From: Candidatus Latescibacterota bacterium
GTDB lineage: Bacteria; Latescibacterota; UBA2968
Assembly (NCBI GenBank): GCA_965222605.1
Contig: OZ244960.1
Location: 5,805,280 to 5,869,279, forward strand
Length of the DNA stretch: 64,000 bases
Direction: 5' to 3'
Shown here: positions 29,558 to 38,426 of the stretch, one piece after another
How positions within the stretch are numbered: the stretch's first letter is position 1
Layout: every line of letters begins with the position of its first letter
The notes under the pieces: generated by a model
Told to the model about the DNA's origin: nothing
Seen by the model: the letters and a program-made list of their open reading frames with translations, nothing else
Databases searched by the model: none
Translations under genes and position numbers: made by a program

Positions 29558-30634
29558 ATGAAAACATACCGCGCAGCACTGATTGGATGCAGTCGGATGG
29601 GAGCATTTATCGACAATGAGGTGGACAACACGCTGGCGTATTCCCATGCAGCGGGATACGAGGCATGTGATCGAACGGATTTGGTCGCGTGTTCGGATCT
29701 GCGCGAAGATGTGATGGCGCAGGCGGGCGAGCGATATGGGGTTCCAAAATCGCGGCAGTACACGGATTACCGGGAACTTATCAATACGGAAGAGCCAGAT
29801 ATTGTGAGCGTGGCCACGCAGCCAGAGCAGCGCGCAGAAATTGTGGTGTATGCTGCCGAGCATGGGGCAAAGGCGATTTATGCGGAGAAGGCGATGGCGG
29901 CTTCTATGGCGGATGCCGATGCGATGGTCGATGCGTGTGAGCGCAATGGTGTGTTTTTCAATCTGGGGACCAATCGGCGATGGGATCGAGGGTATGACAG
30001 TATGAAAGCGGTGATTGACAGCGGGCGTATTGGGCAATTGCGGTCGCTGATTATTCATCAGACGAGTTCTCTTTTCAATGGTGCGAGTCACAGTTTTGAT
30101 CTGTTGATGCGCCTCAATAGCGACCATCCCGCATTGTGGGTGCAGGCGCATTTATCACAGGGGGCGGATGAGATTGAGGGGAATATTTTGAAGGCGGATC
30201 CGGTGGGGCATGGGATTATCCAGTTTGAAAATGGCGTGACGGCTTATGCCCTCAATTCCGGACGCGGTTTGGAGGTTGAAGCTGTGGGCGATGCGGGGGT
30301 TGTGACGAGTTTGCAAAATGGCGCGGGGTGGCAGGTGCGCGAGGTGGTTGGGCACGATCACAGGGGACGGAATGTGCTGGGGTTTGGGGATTTTCCAGAG
30401 GTGGAGCCGACGAGTTCTACGGTACATTTGATTGAAGACCTGGCACACGCGCTGGATACGGGCGAACCGACGCGGTGCGGTGTGCGGTTGGCACATGCCA
30501 ATCAGGAATTGATTTTTGCTTTTGTCGAATCGCACCAGCGAGGGGGCGAGCGGGTGCATCTGCCGTTGAAAGACTGTCCCTATCGCATGGATCGCGGTTT
30601 TGCACCCAGGCAACCGAAGTTTGAACGCGAATAA
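29558..30634 (+). CDS. Gfo/Idh/MocA-family oxidoreductase
   Basis: Start MKTYRAALIGCSRMG at 29558 (track N-terminal extension overlaps previous gene); AEKAMA motif. Confidence 0.85.
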   Translation: MKTYRAALIGCSRMGAFIDNEVDNTLAYSHAAGYEACDRTDLVACSDLREDVMAQAGERYGVPKSRQYTDYRELINTEEPDIVSVATQPEQRAEIVVYAAEHGAKAIYAEKAMAASMADADAMVDACERNGVFFNLGTNRRWDRGYDSMKAVIDSGRIGQLRSLIIHQTSSLFNGASHSFDLLMRLNSDHPALWVQAHLSQGADEIEGNILKADPVGHGIIQFENGVTAYALNSGRGLEVEAVGDAGVVTSLQNGAGWQVREVVGHDHRGRNVLGFGDFPEVEPTSSTVHLIEDLAHALDTGEPTRCGVRLAHANQELIFAFVESHQRGGERVHLPLKDCPYRMDRGFAPRQPKFERE

Positions 30635-30645
30635 AGGAGGTTATT

Positions 30646-31662
30646 GTGGAATATCGCGAGTTTGGACAGACGGGTTTGAAGGTTTCGGCAATCGGTTTTG
30701 GATGCTGGGAATTGGGCGGGGGGTATGGGTCTATTGATGACGCTGAGGTCGTTGCTGCGGTCAATCGCGCCATCGATTTGGGGATCAATTGTTTTGATAC
30801 GGCTCAGGGATATGGCAGTGGTACGTCTGAGCGGTTGCTTGCACGGGCATTGGGACCGAGGCGTAAAGATGTGATTTTGGTCACAAAGTTTGGTATTGGC
30901 TATAAACACGGCAGGGACAGCAGCAAAGAGATGGTCCACCGGGCGATTGAGCAAAGTTTGGAGATGCTGAATACGGATTACGTCGATGTGTATCTGGTGC
31001 ATTGGCCCGACCGCGATACGCCTTTTGAAGAGACCATGGGTGCTTTGGAAGAAATCGTCCAGGCCGGGAAGACGCGGTTTGTGGGGCTGTCGAATTTTAC
31101 GCCTCCAGAAATTGCGCGGTGTATGGATGCGCGTCACGTGGATGTGTTGCAATACGGCTGTAATTTGTTCGATCGCCGCCATGTGAAATGGACGTTTCCA
31201 TACGCGGAAGCAAATAATGTGGGGGTGATGACGTACGGTTCTCTGGCTTATGGCTTGCTCGCTGGCGCGTTTACAGAAGATACGGTTTTTGAAGATAATG
31301 ATTGGCGGAGAAGAGGCGGTAGCAATACGACTTTGCGCCTGTTTGATCCGGGTATATTCCAGCGCAATGTTCGGGCGGTGAATGAGTTGAAGAAAATCGC
31401 CGCAGGACTGGGCAAAAATCTGCCGCATATGGCGCTGAATTGGGTGTTGTCTCACCAGGCTGTGAGCACGGCACTGGTGGGTGCGCGAAAGCCGGAAGAG
31501 GTTGAAGACAATATGGGTGCTCTGGGGTGGACATTGGGTGAGGATACAAAGCGGGCAATTGATAGGGTTTTTGCCAAATACGAGATTGATACTGCGCCCA
31601 ATAAGTGGGGCGAAACTGATGCGAGGTGGATAGATATTGATCCCGCGGAGTGGACAGGTTGA
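30646..31662 (+). CDS. Aldo/keto reductase
   Basis: GTG start after AGGAGG; motifs DTAQGYGSGTSE, LVHWPD, GLSNF. Confidence 0.9.
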   Translation: MEYREFGQTGLKVSAIGFGCWELGGGYGSIDDAEVVAAVNRAIDLGINCFDTAQGYGSGTSERLLARALGPRRKDVILVTKFGIGYKHGRDSSKEMVHRAIEQSLEMLNTDYVDVYLVHWPDRDTPFEETMGALEEIVQAGKTRFVGLSNFTPPEIARCMDARHVDVLQYGCNLFDRRHVKWTFPYAEANNVGVMTYGSLAYGLLAGAFTEDTVFEDNDWRRRGGSNTTLRLFDPGIFQRNVRAVNELKKIAAGLGKNLPHMALNWVLSHQAVSTALVGARKPEEVEDNMGALGWTLGEDTKRAIDRVFAKYEIDTAPNKWGETDARWIDIDPAEWTG

Positions 31663-31669
31663 GGAGGAT

Positions 31670-32617
31670 ATGATGGATAACGTACGCGTTGGTGTAATTG
31701 GATGTGGTGGCCGGGGCAGGGGACACATCCGAATCTTGAATGAATTTGAAGATGTGCATCTCGCAGCGGTTTGCGATCCGGTTGTGGAGATCCGCGAGTC
31801 CGTGTGTGATGAGTATGAGATCGAAGGACAATACGGCGATGTTTCCGCGTTGCTCGAAGGCGAGGCTCTCGACGCTGTTTTTGTCGCGCCTCCTGCACAC
31901 TTAAATGCCACGCTTGCATTGCCGTGTCTGGAGGCTGGCGTAAATACCTTTTTGGAGAAACCACCGGGTTTGAGTCTGAAAGAAACCAAAGCGTTAAAAG
32001 CTGCATCTGAAGAAACGGATGCGAAAGCCATGGTGGGATGGAATCGGCGATTTCATCCGATTATTGTCGAGGCGCGCAATCTGGTGCTGGATCGCGGTCC
32101 CGTGACGCAATTGGTGGGGGAGTTCCACAAGAGTATCACGGAGTTGGGCAATTCGGGCAAATTTGCCGAGGTACTGATGGATTGTATGCTTTTTGAAACG
32201 CCGATTCACGCCATTGATACCATCCGCTTTTTGGCAGGTGCTGATGTTTCTGAGGTACACAGTGTGGTGCAGCGGTCTATGTCCGGCTATCGGGATGTAC
32301 ACGCGGCTCTCGTCGCGTTTGAAAATGGCGTTGTCGCGCAACTTATTCACAATTATACGACCAATGCCAGGCTGGAGCGTTATGAGATCCACGGGCACGA
32401 GATTTCGGCTTATATGGAGGGTGTGTCGCGCGGAGAGGTTTTTTGCGATGGTGAGAAGATGGCGTTGAGCGGGAATGGGTCGGGAACAGATGAACAGAAC
32501 CGATTTTTCATCGATTGCGTCAAAGAAGATCGCCCAGTCGCGCTTCCCGCGGCAAATTTGGATGAGGCGATTAAAACGATGGAATTGGCCGAGGCGATTA
32601 TGGCGGGGACGCGATAA
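31670..32617 (+). CDS. Gfo/Idh/MocA-family oxidoreductase
   Basis: Start MMDNVRVGVIGCGGRG after GAGGAGG; LEKPP motif. Confidence 0.85.
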   Translation: MMDNVRVGVIGCGGRGRGHIRILNEFEDVHLAAVCDPVVEIRESVCDEYEIEGQYGDVSALLEGEALDAVFVAPPAHLNATLALPCLEAGVNTFLEKPPGLSLKETKALKAASEETDAKAMVGWNRRFHPIIVEARNLVLDRGPVTQLVGEFHKSITELGNSGKFAEVLMDCMLFETPIHAIDTIRFLAGADVSEVHSVVQRSMSGYRDVHAALVAFENGVVAQLIHNYTTNARLERYEIHGHEISAYMEGVSRGEVFCDGEKMALSGNGSGTDEQNRFFIDCVKEDRPVALPAANLDEAIKTMELAEAIMAGTR

Positions 32618-32633
32618 AACCGGCTTCTTTCTA

Positions 32634-32662
32634 TTGACAATATTTTCCGAATCCCATACTTT
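32634..32662 (+). promoter_or_regulatory. Sigma-70-type promoter for tRNA-Pro
   Basis: TTGACA, 17 nt, TACTTT, ending 11 nt before the tRNA 5' end. Confidence 0.5.
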
Positions 32663-32673
32663 TAAATCAGAAA

Positions 32674-32750
32674 CGAGGTGTGGCTCAGTCCGGTAGAGCA
32701 CCTGCTTTGGGAGCAGGGGGCCGGGGGTTCAAATCCCTCCACCTCGACCA
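32674..32750 (+). tRNA. tRNA-Pro (anticodon UGG), CCA encoded
   Basis: Manual fold: acceptor CGAGGTG/CACCTCG, anticodon stem CCTGC/GCAGG with loop TTTGGGA, T-loop GGTTCAAATCC. Confidence 0.9.
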
Positions 32751-32756
32751 ATAAAC

Positions 32757-32795
32757 AAGGGGTTGTGAGTTTTTGCTCGCAACCCCTTTTGTTTT
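32757..32795 (+). terminator. Rho-independent terminator after tRNA-Pro
   Basis: AAGGGGTTGTGAG-loop-CTCGCAACCCCTT (one G-U) followed by TTTTGTTTT. Confidence 0.8.
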
Positions 32796-33012
32796 GAGGT
32801 GTAGTGGAACCGCTATAAAGGCTAATGAACGGGGCAGGACATCGCCCCGTTTTACACCGCTTGACATTGGGCATCAACGTGGTATTTTCTCACACAGAGA
32901 TAGTGTCAAATGTTGTGGATGGCGTCGCGCGCAGCATTGAATTAAAGCGTGAACGGGCCTGGACCAGTTGTAATCCGTCCCCAATGCAAGCGCGTGATAA
33001 TAAGGGTTTTTT

Positions 33013-36000
33013 ATGCTCAAATCACTTGACCGCATGGGTACCTGGCGGACTTATTCTCTGGATAGCGGCCTTGCCGGGCTGCGCGTTGAACATATCGCCG
33101 AGGACAACGAGGGGTGTATCTGGTTCGCCACCTGGGACAACGGTGTTAGTCGCTTCGACGGGGACGAGTTCCGGAATTTTACCAAACAGGACGGCCTTGT
33201 TAATGATCATATTTATTTTGTTTCACAAGACAGTCAGAATCGATTGTGGTTCGGTACAGAAAAAGGCGTCTGCTGGTACGACGGGGTGGGTTTCCATTAT
33301 TTGAAGGGCGATGGGATCGCAGGCCGATCCGTGCAATCTATCTACGAAGATCGTCAGAGGCGTATATGGTTCGGTGGCACGAGTACCCTGGGGTATTACG
33401 ATGGTACTGTGTTTCACGACATGATTCCGCTCTACCTCCAGCACTACGAGCAGCCTCCTTCTCATCAGTGGGCCATGTGTTGGGGTATTACTCAGGATCC
33501 GCAAGGACACCTGTGGTTTGGCTTTGACCGCCTCATCCGCTTTGATGGTGAATTCTTCCACCGCTATGAAGAGAAAGACGGTTTTCCCTACGAAGGGACC
33601 GCCTATGTCGTGGGCCAGGACCATACCGGCAAGGTGTGGATTGGTCGGTTCGGAAATCGAGATGAACTCTGGTGCTATGCCGATGGTGCCTTCCAATCTG
33701 TTCAGGTAAATTTGGGAGGCTGGCTACGCAAAATTCAGTGTGACCGTGAAGGGCGAATGTGGTTCTGCACCTCGGAAGGGGTATTGTATCAGGACAGTGA
33801 CGGATTCAGCAGGTTTCCCCTTGCCGATGGCTTGTCCCATCCCGCAGTCAAAGCCGTGTTTCAGGATCGCGATCATCAGTATTGGTTCGCCACCTGGAGC
33901 GGCGTTGGACTTTACGATGCTCATAGTATCAGCGTTTTTGACCTCGGTAAGGCTTTTCCCAAAGACAAAGAGCCGAGCGAAATCTCGCAGATCGTACAAG
34001 ATCGGCAAGGTGATATATGGATCGGGTGTGTGTCACCCCTTCTTACTGACCTGCCCCAAAGCGTCGCCCGCTTTGATGGCGAGCACTTTACATTTGTAGG
34101 CTCCGAGCAAGGCTTTGATATCAACAACTGTTTCTCTATGTACGAGGACCACGAGGGGTATCTGTGGTTTGGCGGCCTCAACGGCCTGTTCCGCTACGAT
34201 GGGCAGGAAATAAAAAAAATAAAAATAGCTGCGGGTTCAGGCGACAGGAGTATCAGTACAATTACCCAGGACGCGCAAGGTCAATTCCTTTTCGGCTATT
34301 GGGGAAAGGGCACCTATAAAACTAAAATCGGATTCAAAAAAGAAGAGTTTTCGACCAGCCCATTAGAGATCATTTACCAGCGGGGCGAGGCGTTCCAAAC
34401 CATTTTTGTGGAGGATGAAAAGAAAGATATTTTAGACCGCATTGGCACTGTGATTGCCGGGCGCAACAGCGAGATCTATTTTCATTTGGCCTGCCACAAT
34501 TTCTCAGTTGGCAACAGGGGCTTCGCTCGCTGGCATCCCGAAGATGGCCTTAAATTTTATGGAATTGAAGATGGTTTGATAGACCCCAAGGTCAACGACC
34601 TGCTATTAGACCGCGCAGGCAACCTGTGGATTGCCACTTTGAGCGGTCTCGTTCGTTTTGATGGCTACACTTTCCACACATTCACGACTGAAGACGGTCT
34701 GCCGAACAACCGCATTCGGTGTCTATTCGAGGATCGGCAAGGACACCTCTGGCTCGGGACAGAAGGCGGTGTAGTTCACTACGATGGTCAGCTTTTTCAG
34801 ACCATCAAGTCACCGCATATAGGATCGGTTTCTCAGATATTCGAAGATCGCGACGGAACGTTCTATTTTGGCACTGCTCTGGGTTCTATAATACGCTATC
34901 GCCAGCGGCAAACTCCGCCCCAGATTCGCCTGATTCAGGTTGTCGCCGATCAGGTCTATGAGAACTTAGACGACATCATCTTGTCCACGGCAGGACAGCA
35001 GGTGATTTTCGAATACAAGGGGATGAGTTTTTCCACACATCCGCGCGACATGCTCTATGTCTATCGCCTGAAGGGATACGACTCCGACTGGCGTCCAGCG
35101 ACCCGAAAGATGCGGGCCTTTTACCGGGGCTTGCCGCCGGGAGACTACACCTTTCAGGTCAGGTCTATAGATCGCGATCTCAATTATTCAGAGATCGCGC
35201 AGGTAAGACTCTCGATAACGGCGGACCCGCGTATCGAAGCATTTACGGACATAATCAACCGTCGAGGAAGCCAGAAGTTTATCGGGCATAGCGAGGCTCT
35301 GCGCGAGTTTCTAATCAATCTTGAAAAAATCGCATCTACCAATATAACTGTGCTGATTATGGGCGAGACAGGTGTGGGCAAGGGACTGGCAGCACGGGTG
35401 CTACACGCGCTGAGTAACCATAGCGATGGGCCTTTTATAGAGGTTAGTTGCGGTGCATTGCCCGAGGCGTTGATCGATAGCGAACTTTTTGGTCACGAGC
35501 AAGGGGCTTTTACCAGCGCTATTTCCCGCAGACTGGGCAGGGTGGAACTGGCGGAGGGTGGCACGCTCTTTTTGGATGAGATCGGCGATATGGCTGTGGA
35601 AACGCAGGTCAAGCTGTTGCGCTTGCTGGAAGAGGGCACGTTTGAGCGCGTTGGGAGCAGCGAGACGCTGACGACAAAGACGCGGATTGTGGCAGCGACG
35701 AATCGCAATCTGGAAGAGATGGTCAGCACAGATGATTTTCGGGAGGATCTCTATTACCGCCTCAATGCCTTTCCGATGTATTTGCCGCCGCTGCGCGAGC
35801 GCAAGGAGGATATACCATACCTTGCCGAGTTTTTCAAGAACCGCATGGCGACACATTTAGATAAGCAAATCGGCCCTTTGACAGTAGAGGTTATAGAAGT
35901 GCTGCAAGCCTACCATTGGCCAGGCAATGTGCGAGAACTGGAGCATACGATAAACCGCGCCGTAATCGTGTGTCAGGATTCTCGAATTGACGTTGGGGAT

Positions 36001-36219
36001 ATCGGCCTCATAAGCAGTAGCTCTCCTGTTTTTACAGACCGAGAAATCGTGCCTTTGGCTGAATATGAACGCGATTACATACTCAAAGTGCTCAAAGCGA
36101 CCAACTATCAGATAAAAGGTGTTCATGGTGCAGCGGCACTGCTGGGACTACACCCTTCGACGCTGTATGGGAAAATGAGAAAACAGGGTATCAAACGCCC
36201 AGGTAAAGATCATATATAA
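33013..36219 (+). CDS. Sigma-54-dependent transcriptional activator with N-terminal two-component-regulator propeller and Y_Y_Y sensor region
   Basis: 1068 aa; repeated W/F-x-G-T/S..G propeller blades, Y_Y_Y segment (YVYRLKGYDSDW...GDYTFQV), AAA+ core GETGVGKG, GAFTSA loop, DEIGDM, R-finger region, C-terminal Fis-type HTH; no signal peptide, TM segment or receiver domain. Confidence 0.9.
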   Translation: MLKSLDRMGTWRTYSLDSGLAGLRVEHIAEDNEGCIWFATWDNGVSRFDGDEFRNFTKQDGLVNDHIYFVSQDSQNRLWFGTEKGVCWYDGVGFHYLKGDGIAGRSVQSIYEDRQRRIWFGGTSTLGYYDGTVFHDMIPLYLQHYEQPPSHQWAMCWGITQDPQGHLWFGFDRLIRFDGEFFHRYEEKDGFPYEGTAYVVGQDHTGKVWIGRFGNRDELWCYADGAFQSVQVNLGGWLRKIQCDREGRMWFCTSEGVLYQDSDGFSRFPLADGLSHPAVKAVFQDRDHQYWFATWSGVGLYDAHSISVFDLGKAFPKDKEPSEISQIVQDRQGDIWIGCVSPLLTDLPQSVARFDGEHFTFVGSEQGFDINNCFSMYEDHEGYLWFGGLNGLFRYDGQEIKKIKIAAGSGDRSISTITQDAQGQFLFGYWGKGTYKTKIGFKKEEFSTSPLEIIYQRGEAFQTIFVEDEKKDILDRIGTVIAGRNSEIYFHLACHNFSVGNRGFARWHPEDGLKFYGIEDGLIDPKVNDLLLDRAGNLWIATLSGLVRFDGYTFHTFTTEDGLPNNRIRCLFEDRQGHLWLGTEGGVVHYDGQLFQTIKSPHIGSVSQIFEDRDGTFYFGTALGSIIRYRQRQTPPQIRLIQVVADQVYENLDDIILSTAGQQVIFEYKGMSFSTHPRDMLYVYRLKGYDSDWRPATRKMRAFYRGLPPGDYTFQVRSIDRDLNYSEIAQVRLSITADPRIEAFTDIINRRGSQKFIGHSEALREFLINLEKIASTNITVLIMGETGVGKGLAARVLHALSNHSDGPFIEVSCGALPEALIDSELFGHEQGAFTSAISRRLGRVELAEGGTLFLDEIGDMAVETQVKLLRLLEEGTFERVGSSETLTTKTRIVAATNRNLEEMVSTDDFREDLYYRLNAFPMYLPPLRERKEDIPYLAEFFKNRMATHLDKQIGPLTVEVIEVLQAYHWPGNVRELEHTINRAVIVCQDSRIDVGDIGLISSSSPVFTDREIVPLAEYERDYILKVLKATNYQIKGVHGAAALLGLHPSTLYGKMRKQGIKRPGKDHI

Positions 36220-36324
36220 TCTCAAGGATCATATATGATCTTTTGTTGTTAAAATACTATTATTAAGATACTTAAGTAATACATAAGAGTTAGACTGATT
36301 ATTTTTGAGATCATATACGATCTC
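36208..36324. promoter_or_regulatory. Three related palindromes, candidate activator (UAS) sites
   Basis: GATCATATATAATC (36208-36221, overlaps activator stop), perfect palindrome GATCATATATGATC (36227-36240), GAGATCATATACGATCTC (36307-36324); 100-215 bp upstream of the sigma-54 promoter. Confidence 0.45.
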
Positions 36325-36353
36325 GAAAATATAAAATACAGTCTAACTCTTAT
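36283..36353. repeat. Perfect 15-bp inverted repeat bracketing the third palindrome
   Basis: ATAAGAGTTAGACTG (36283-36297) and CAGTCTAACTCTTAT (36339-36353). Confidence 0.8.
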
Positions 36354-36423
36354 TTTTTTATAATAATTCTATCCTGATTAAAAATAACATCTTACGAGTA
36401 TAGTTATTTGGGTCCATTCACAG

Positions 36424-36439
36424 TGGCACACATATTGCA
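36424..36439 (+). promoter_or_regulatory. Sigma-54 (-24/-12) promoter
   Basis: TGGCAC-acata-TTGCA, an exact match to TGGCAC-N5-TTGCW, 65 nt upstream of the ATG at 36504 in an AT-rich intergenic region. Confidence 0.75.
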
Positions 36440-36503
36440 TTATATCTATGTGTTTAATGCCATAAAGGAGAAGATTTAGACTTCAAAGAAAGGAAGGTAG
36501 AGT

Positions 36504-37346
36504 ATGAAACATTTTTTGGTATTTGTGGTCATTGCAAGTTGCTTGTGGTTATCACATCCGGCGGCGCATGCCGAGTCAGATAGGGCATTTTTGAAGAAGA
36601 CCATTAAGGAAAACTTGGAGGGCGCGAGTTCGTCGGAAATCATTTTTGCCAGGTACGGGCGGCGCACCATCACGTTGAAACCCCTCGCGACCAGCCAGTA
36701 TGAAATGCGCCTGGCACTCTGGACTTTGATGGGCGAGCCGGTTGAACTTTATGAATGCCTCATGCCGCACTTGGGGAGCCTGATCTTTGGAGCGAACGAC
36801 GGTTACGCCAATAGAGTTGAAATTGTCAGCGTCGGTGATAAAAACGAGACTGACATATCATTCTACGGCGATAGCAAAGTGTACGTCAGCCAGGACGTGT
36901 TGGACAAAATCGATTACGTGGACTTTAGCTTTTCGATCGTGACCTATGACCTTTTTGAATTGCCGGACGAGTTCTATTCGAAAGACAATAGCATGCGTTT
37001 TGGTACTTTTAAAGCGTATATCCATTTGAAGAACCCTGGTGTTTTGGCTTCACCCGGCAAATGGGGCTGGGACACGCCAGGAAGTCCTGAATGGGAAAAA
37101 TTTCTGTCGAAGTATCAATTTCCTTTGGATGAAGGTAAATACAAGTTGCCGGAAGACCATTACATGGACGAAAAGCAGGCTAAGGAGGCATTTCGCCGCA
37201 TGCGCTGGCGTTACCACAAAAAACAGGACTTATTCGTTAAAAACTGGTTCGATATTCATCATTTGCGCGTGAATCCGGACCGTATCCTGGACCTCATCCG
37301 CAAACACAGTCCTGAAGCCTACGCCGAGATCATGGAAAAAGAATAA
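36504..37346 (+). CDS. Secreted protein of unknown function (first gene behind the sigma-54 promoter)
   Basis: 280 aa; signal peptide MKHFLVFVVIASCLWLSHPAAHA; GGAAGG RBS; no recognisable domain. Confidence 0.6.
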   Translation: MKHFLVFVVIASCLWLSHPAAHAESDRAFLKKTIKENLEGASSSEIIFARYGRRTITLKPLATSQYEMRLALWTLMGEPVELYECLMPHLGSLIFGANDGYANRVEIVSVGDKNETDISFYGDSKVYVSQDVLDKIDYVDFSFSIVTYDLFELPDEFYSKDNSMRFGTFKAYIHLKNPGVLASPGKWGWDTPGSPEWEKFLSKYQFPLDEGKYKLPEDHYMDEKQAKEAFRRMRWRYHKKQDLFVKNWFDIHHLRVNPDRILDLIRKHSPEAYAEIMEKE

Positions 37347-37532
37347 AGCAAGTGAGGTGGAATATGAAACGTTTTTGGTTGTGCTTGAGGTGGATTGATG
37401 ATTTGCATTTTTCTACCTGGCTTGTGCAACAGAAAGGCGGTTTACTTATGAGAGGTCAAAGCATAAGTAAAGCAAGTTATCAGTACAAAATAAGACGTGC
37501 CTGTTTTTAAGACTACAAGAAAGGGGTTCAGT

Positions 37533-38303
37533 ATGTGGCGCATGTTTGTCGTCTTGGCCGTTGTGGTGAGTTGCTGGACGGTGTATTCTGTGTATTCCGA
37601 ACCGAGTTTTCCAATGCCTGAGATGGTGATGATTCCGTCGGGCAGTTTTCAGATGGGCTGTGTGTCGGGTAGGCGCTGCTCGGACGCTGAGAAACCTGTG
37701 CATGAAGTGATGATAGACTCGTTTGCCCTGTCGAAGTATGAGGTGACCTTTGAGGAGTATGATGCATTCACCGATGCGACGGGACGCGAGCGGGCAGACG
37801 ATGAAGGTTGGGGGCGTGGTCGGCGTCCGGTGATCAATGTTTCGTGGTTTGATGCGATGGCCTACACGCAGTGGCTGTCGTCACAGACGGGCAAGACCTA
37901 TCGTTTGCCGAGCGAGGCGGAGTGGGAGTATGCAGCGCGCGCGGGAACTGAGACGATGTTTAGCTGGGGGAATGATTCTGGTTACAACCGCGCCAATTGC
38001 AATGGCTGTGGCAGTCGGTGGGATAAAAAACAGACGGCACCAGTGGGATCATTCGAGGCCAATGGCTGGGGCCTTTACGACATGCACGGTAATGTATGGG
38101 AGTGGGTACGAGATTGTCGGAACGAGAGTTATAGGGGCGCACCGACAGATGGTTCTGCATGGATTGGAATTTGCTCTGAGCGCGTGTTGCGTGGTGGTTC
38201 GTGGTACTTCAGCCCGTGGGTCTTGCGGTCGGCGTATCGCGACTGGTACCCCTCCGGCTATCGGGACGACGTCATCGGTTTTCGAGTTGCCCGGTCTTTT
38301 TAG
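37533..38303 (+). CDS. Secreted FGE-sulfatase-fold (C-type-lectin-fold) protein, non-catalytic; DGR-target-like copy 1
   Basis: Start MWRMFVVLAVVVSCWTV (signal); MVMIPSGSFQMG, RPVINVSW, YRLPSEAEWEYAARAG, GLYDMHGNVWEW, RGGSW...GFRVARSF; no Cys pair after GGSW. Confidence 0.85.
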   Translation: MWRMFVVLAVVVSCWTVYSVYSEPSFPMPEMVMIPSGSFQMGCVSGRRCSDAEKPVHEVMIDSFALSKYEVTFEEYDAFTDATGRERADDEGWGRGRRPVINVSWFDAMAYTQWLSSQTGKTYRLPSEAEWEYAARAGTETMFSWGNDSGYNRANCNGCGSRWDKKQTAPVGSFEANGWGLYDMHGNVWEWVRDCRNESYRGAPTDGSAWIGICSERVLRGGSWYFSPWVLRSAYRDWYPSGYRDDVIGFRVARSF

Positions 38304-38326
38304 CTCCTGATTCTTTACATCTTTAC
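38277..38326 (+). repeat. Conserved 3' block, copy 1 (last 8 codons, stop, 23 nt non-coding)
   Basis: GGTTTTCGAGTTGCCCGGTCTTTTTAGCTCCTGATTCTTTACATCTTTAC; 49/50 identical to copy 2. Confidence 0.9.
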
Positions 38327-38426
38327 TTCATTTGTGGGGCTGGGGACTGGCGGGGGTTTTACGATTTTTTTAGCGACCACTATGATTGCACTTGAGTCGG
38401 TGAACAAGTATCTAAAGGAGGCATCT

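Noticed and set aside
30580-32031. 483-aa minus-strand ORF.
   Set aside because: It is antisense to the aldo/keto reductase and Gfo/Idh/MocA genes, which have clear motifs and RBSs. Its composition is low-complexity and Arg/Pro/Ser-rich. It is a shadow ORF. The same applies to 8639-10147(+), 1796-2806(+), 4045-4680(+) and 59379-60362(-).
36360-36420. IHF-binding site between the palindromes and the sigma-54 promoter.
   Set aside because: The region is AT-rich, but I could not find a convincing WATCAA-N4-TTR match. AT-richness alone is not evidence.
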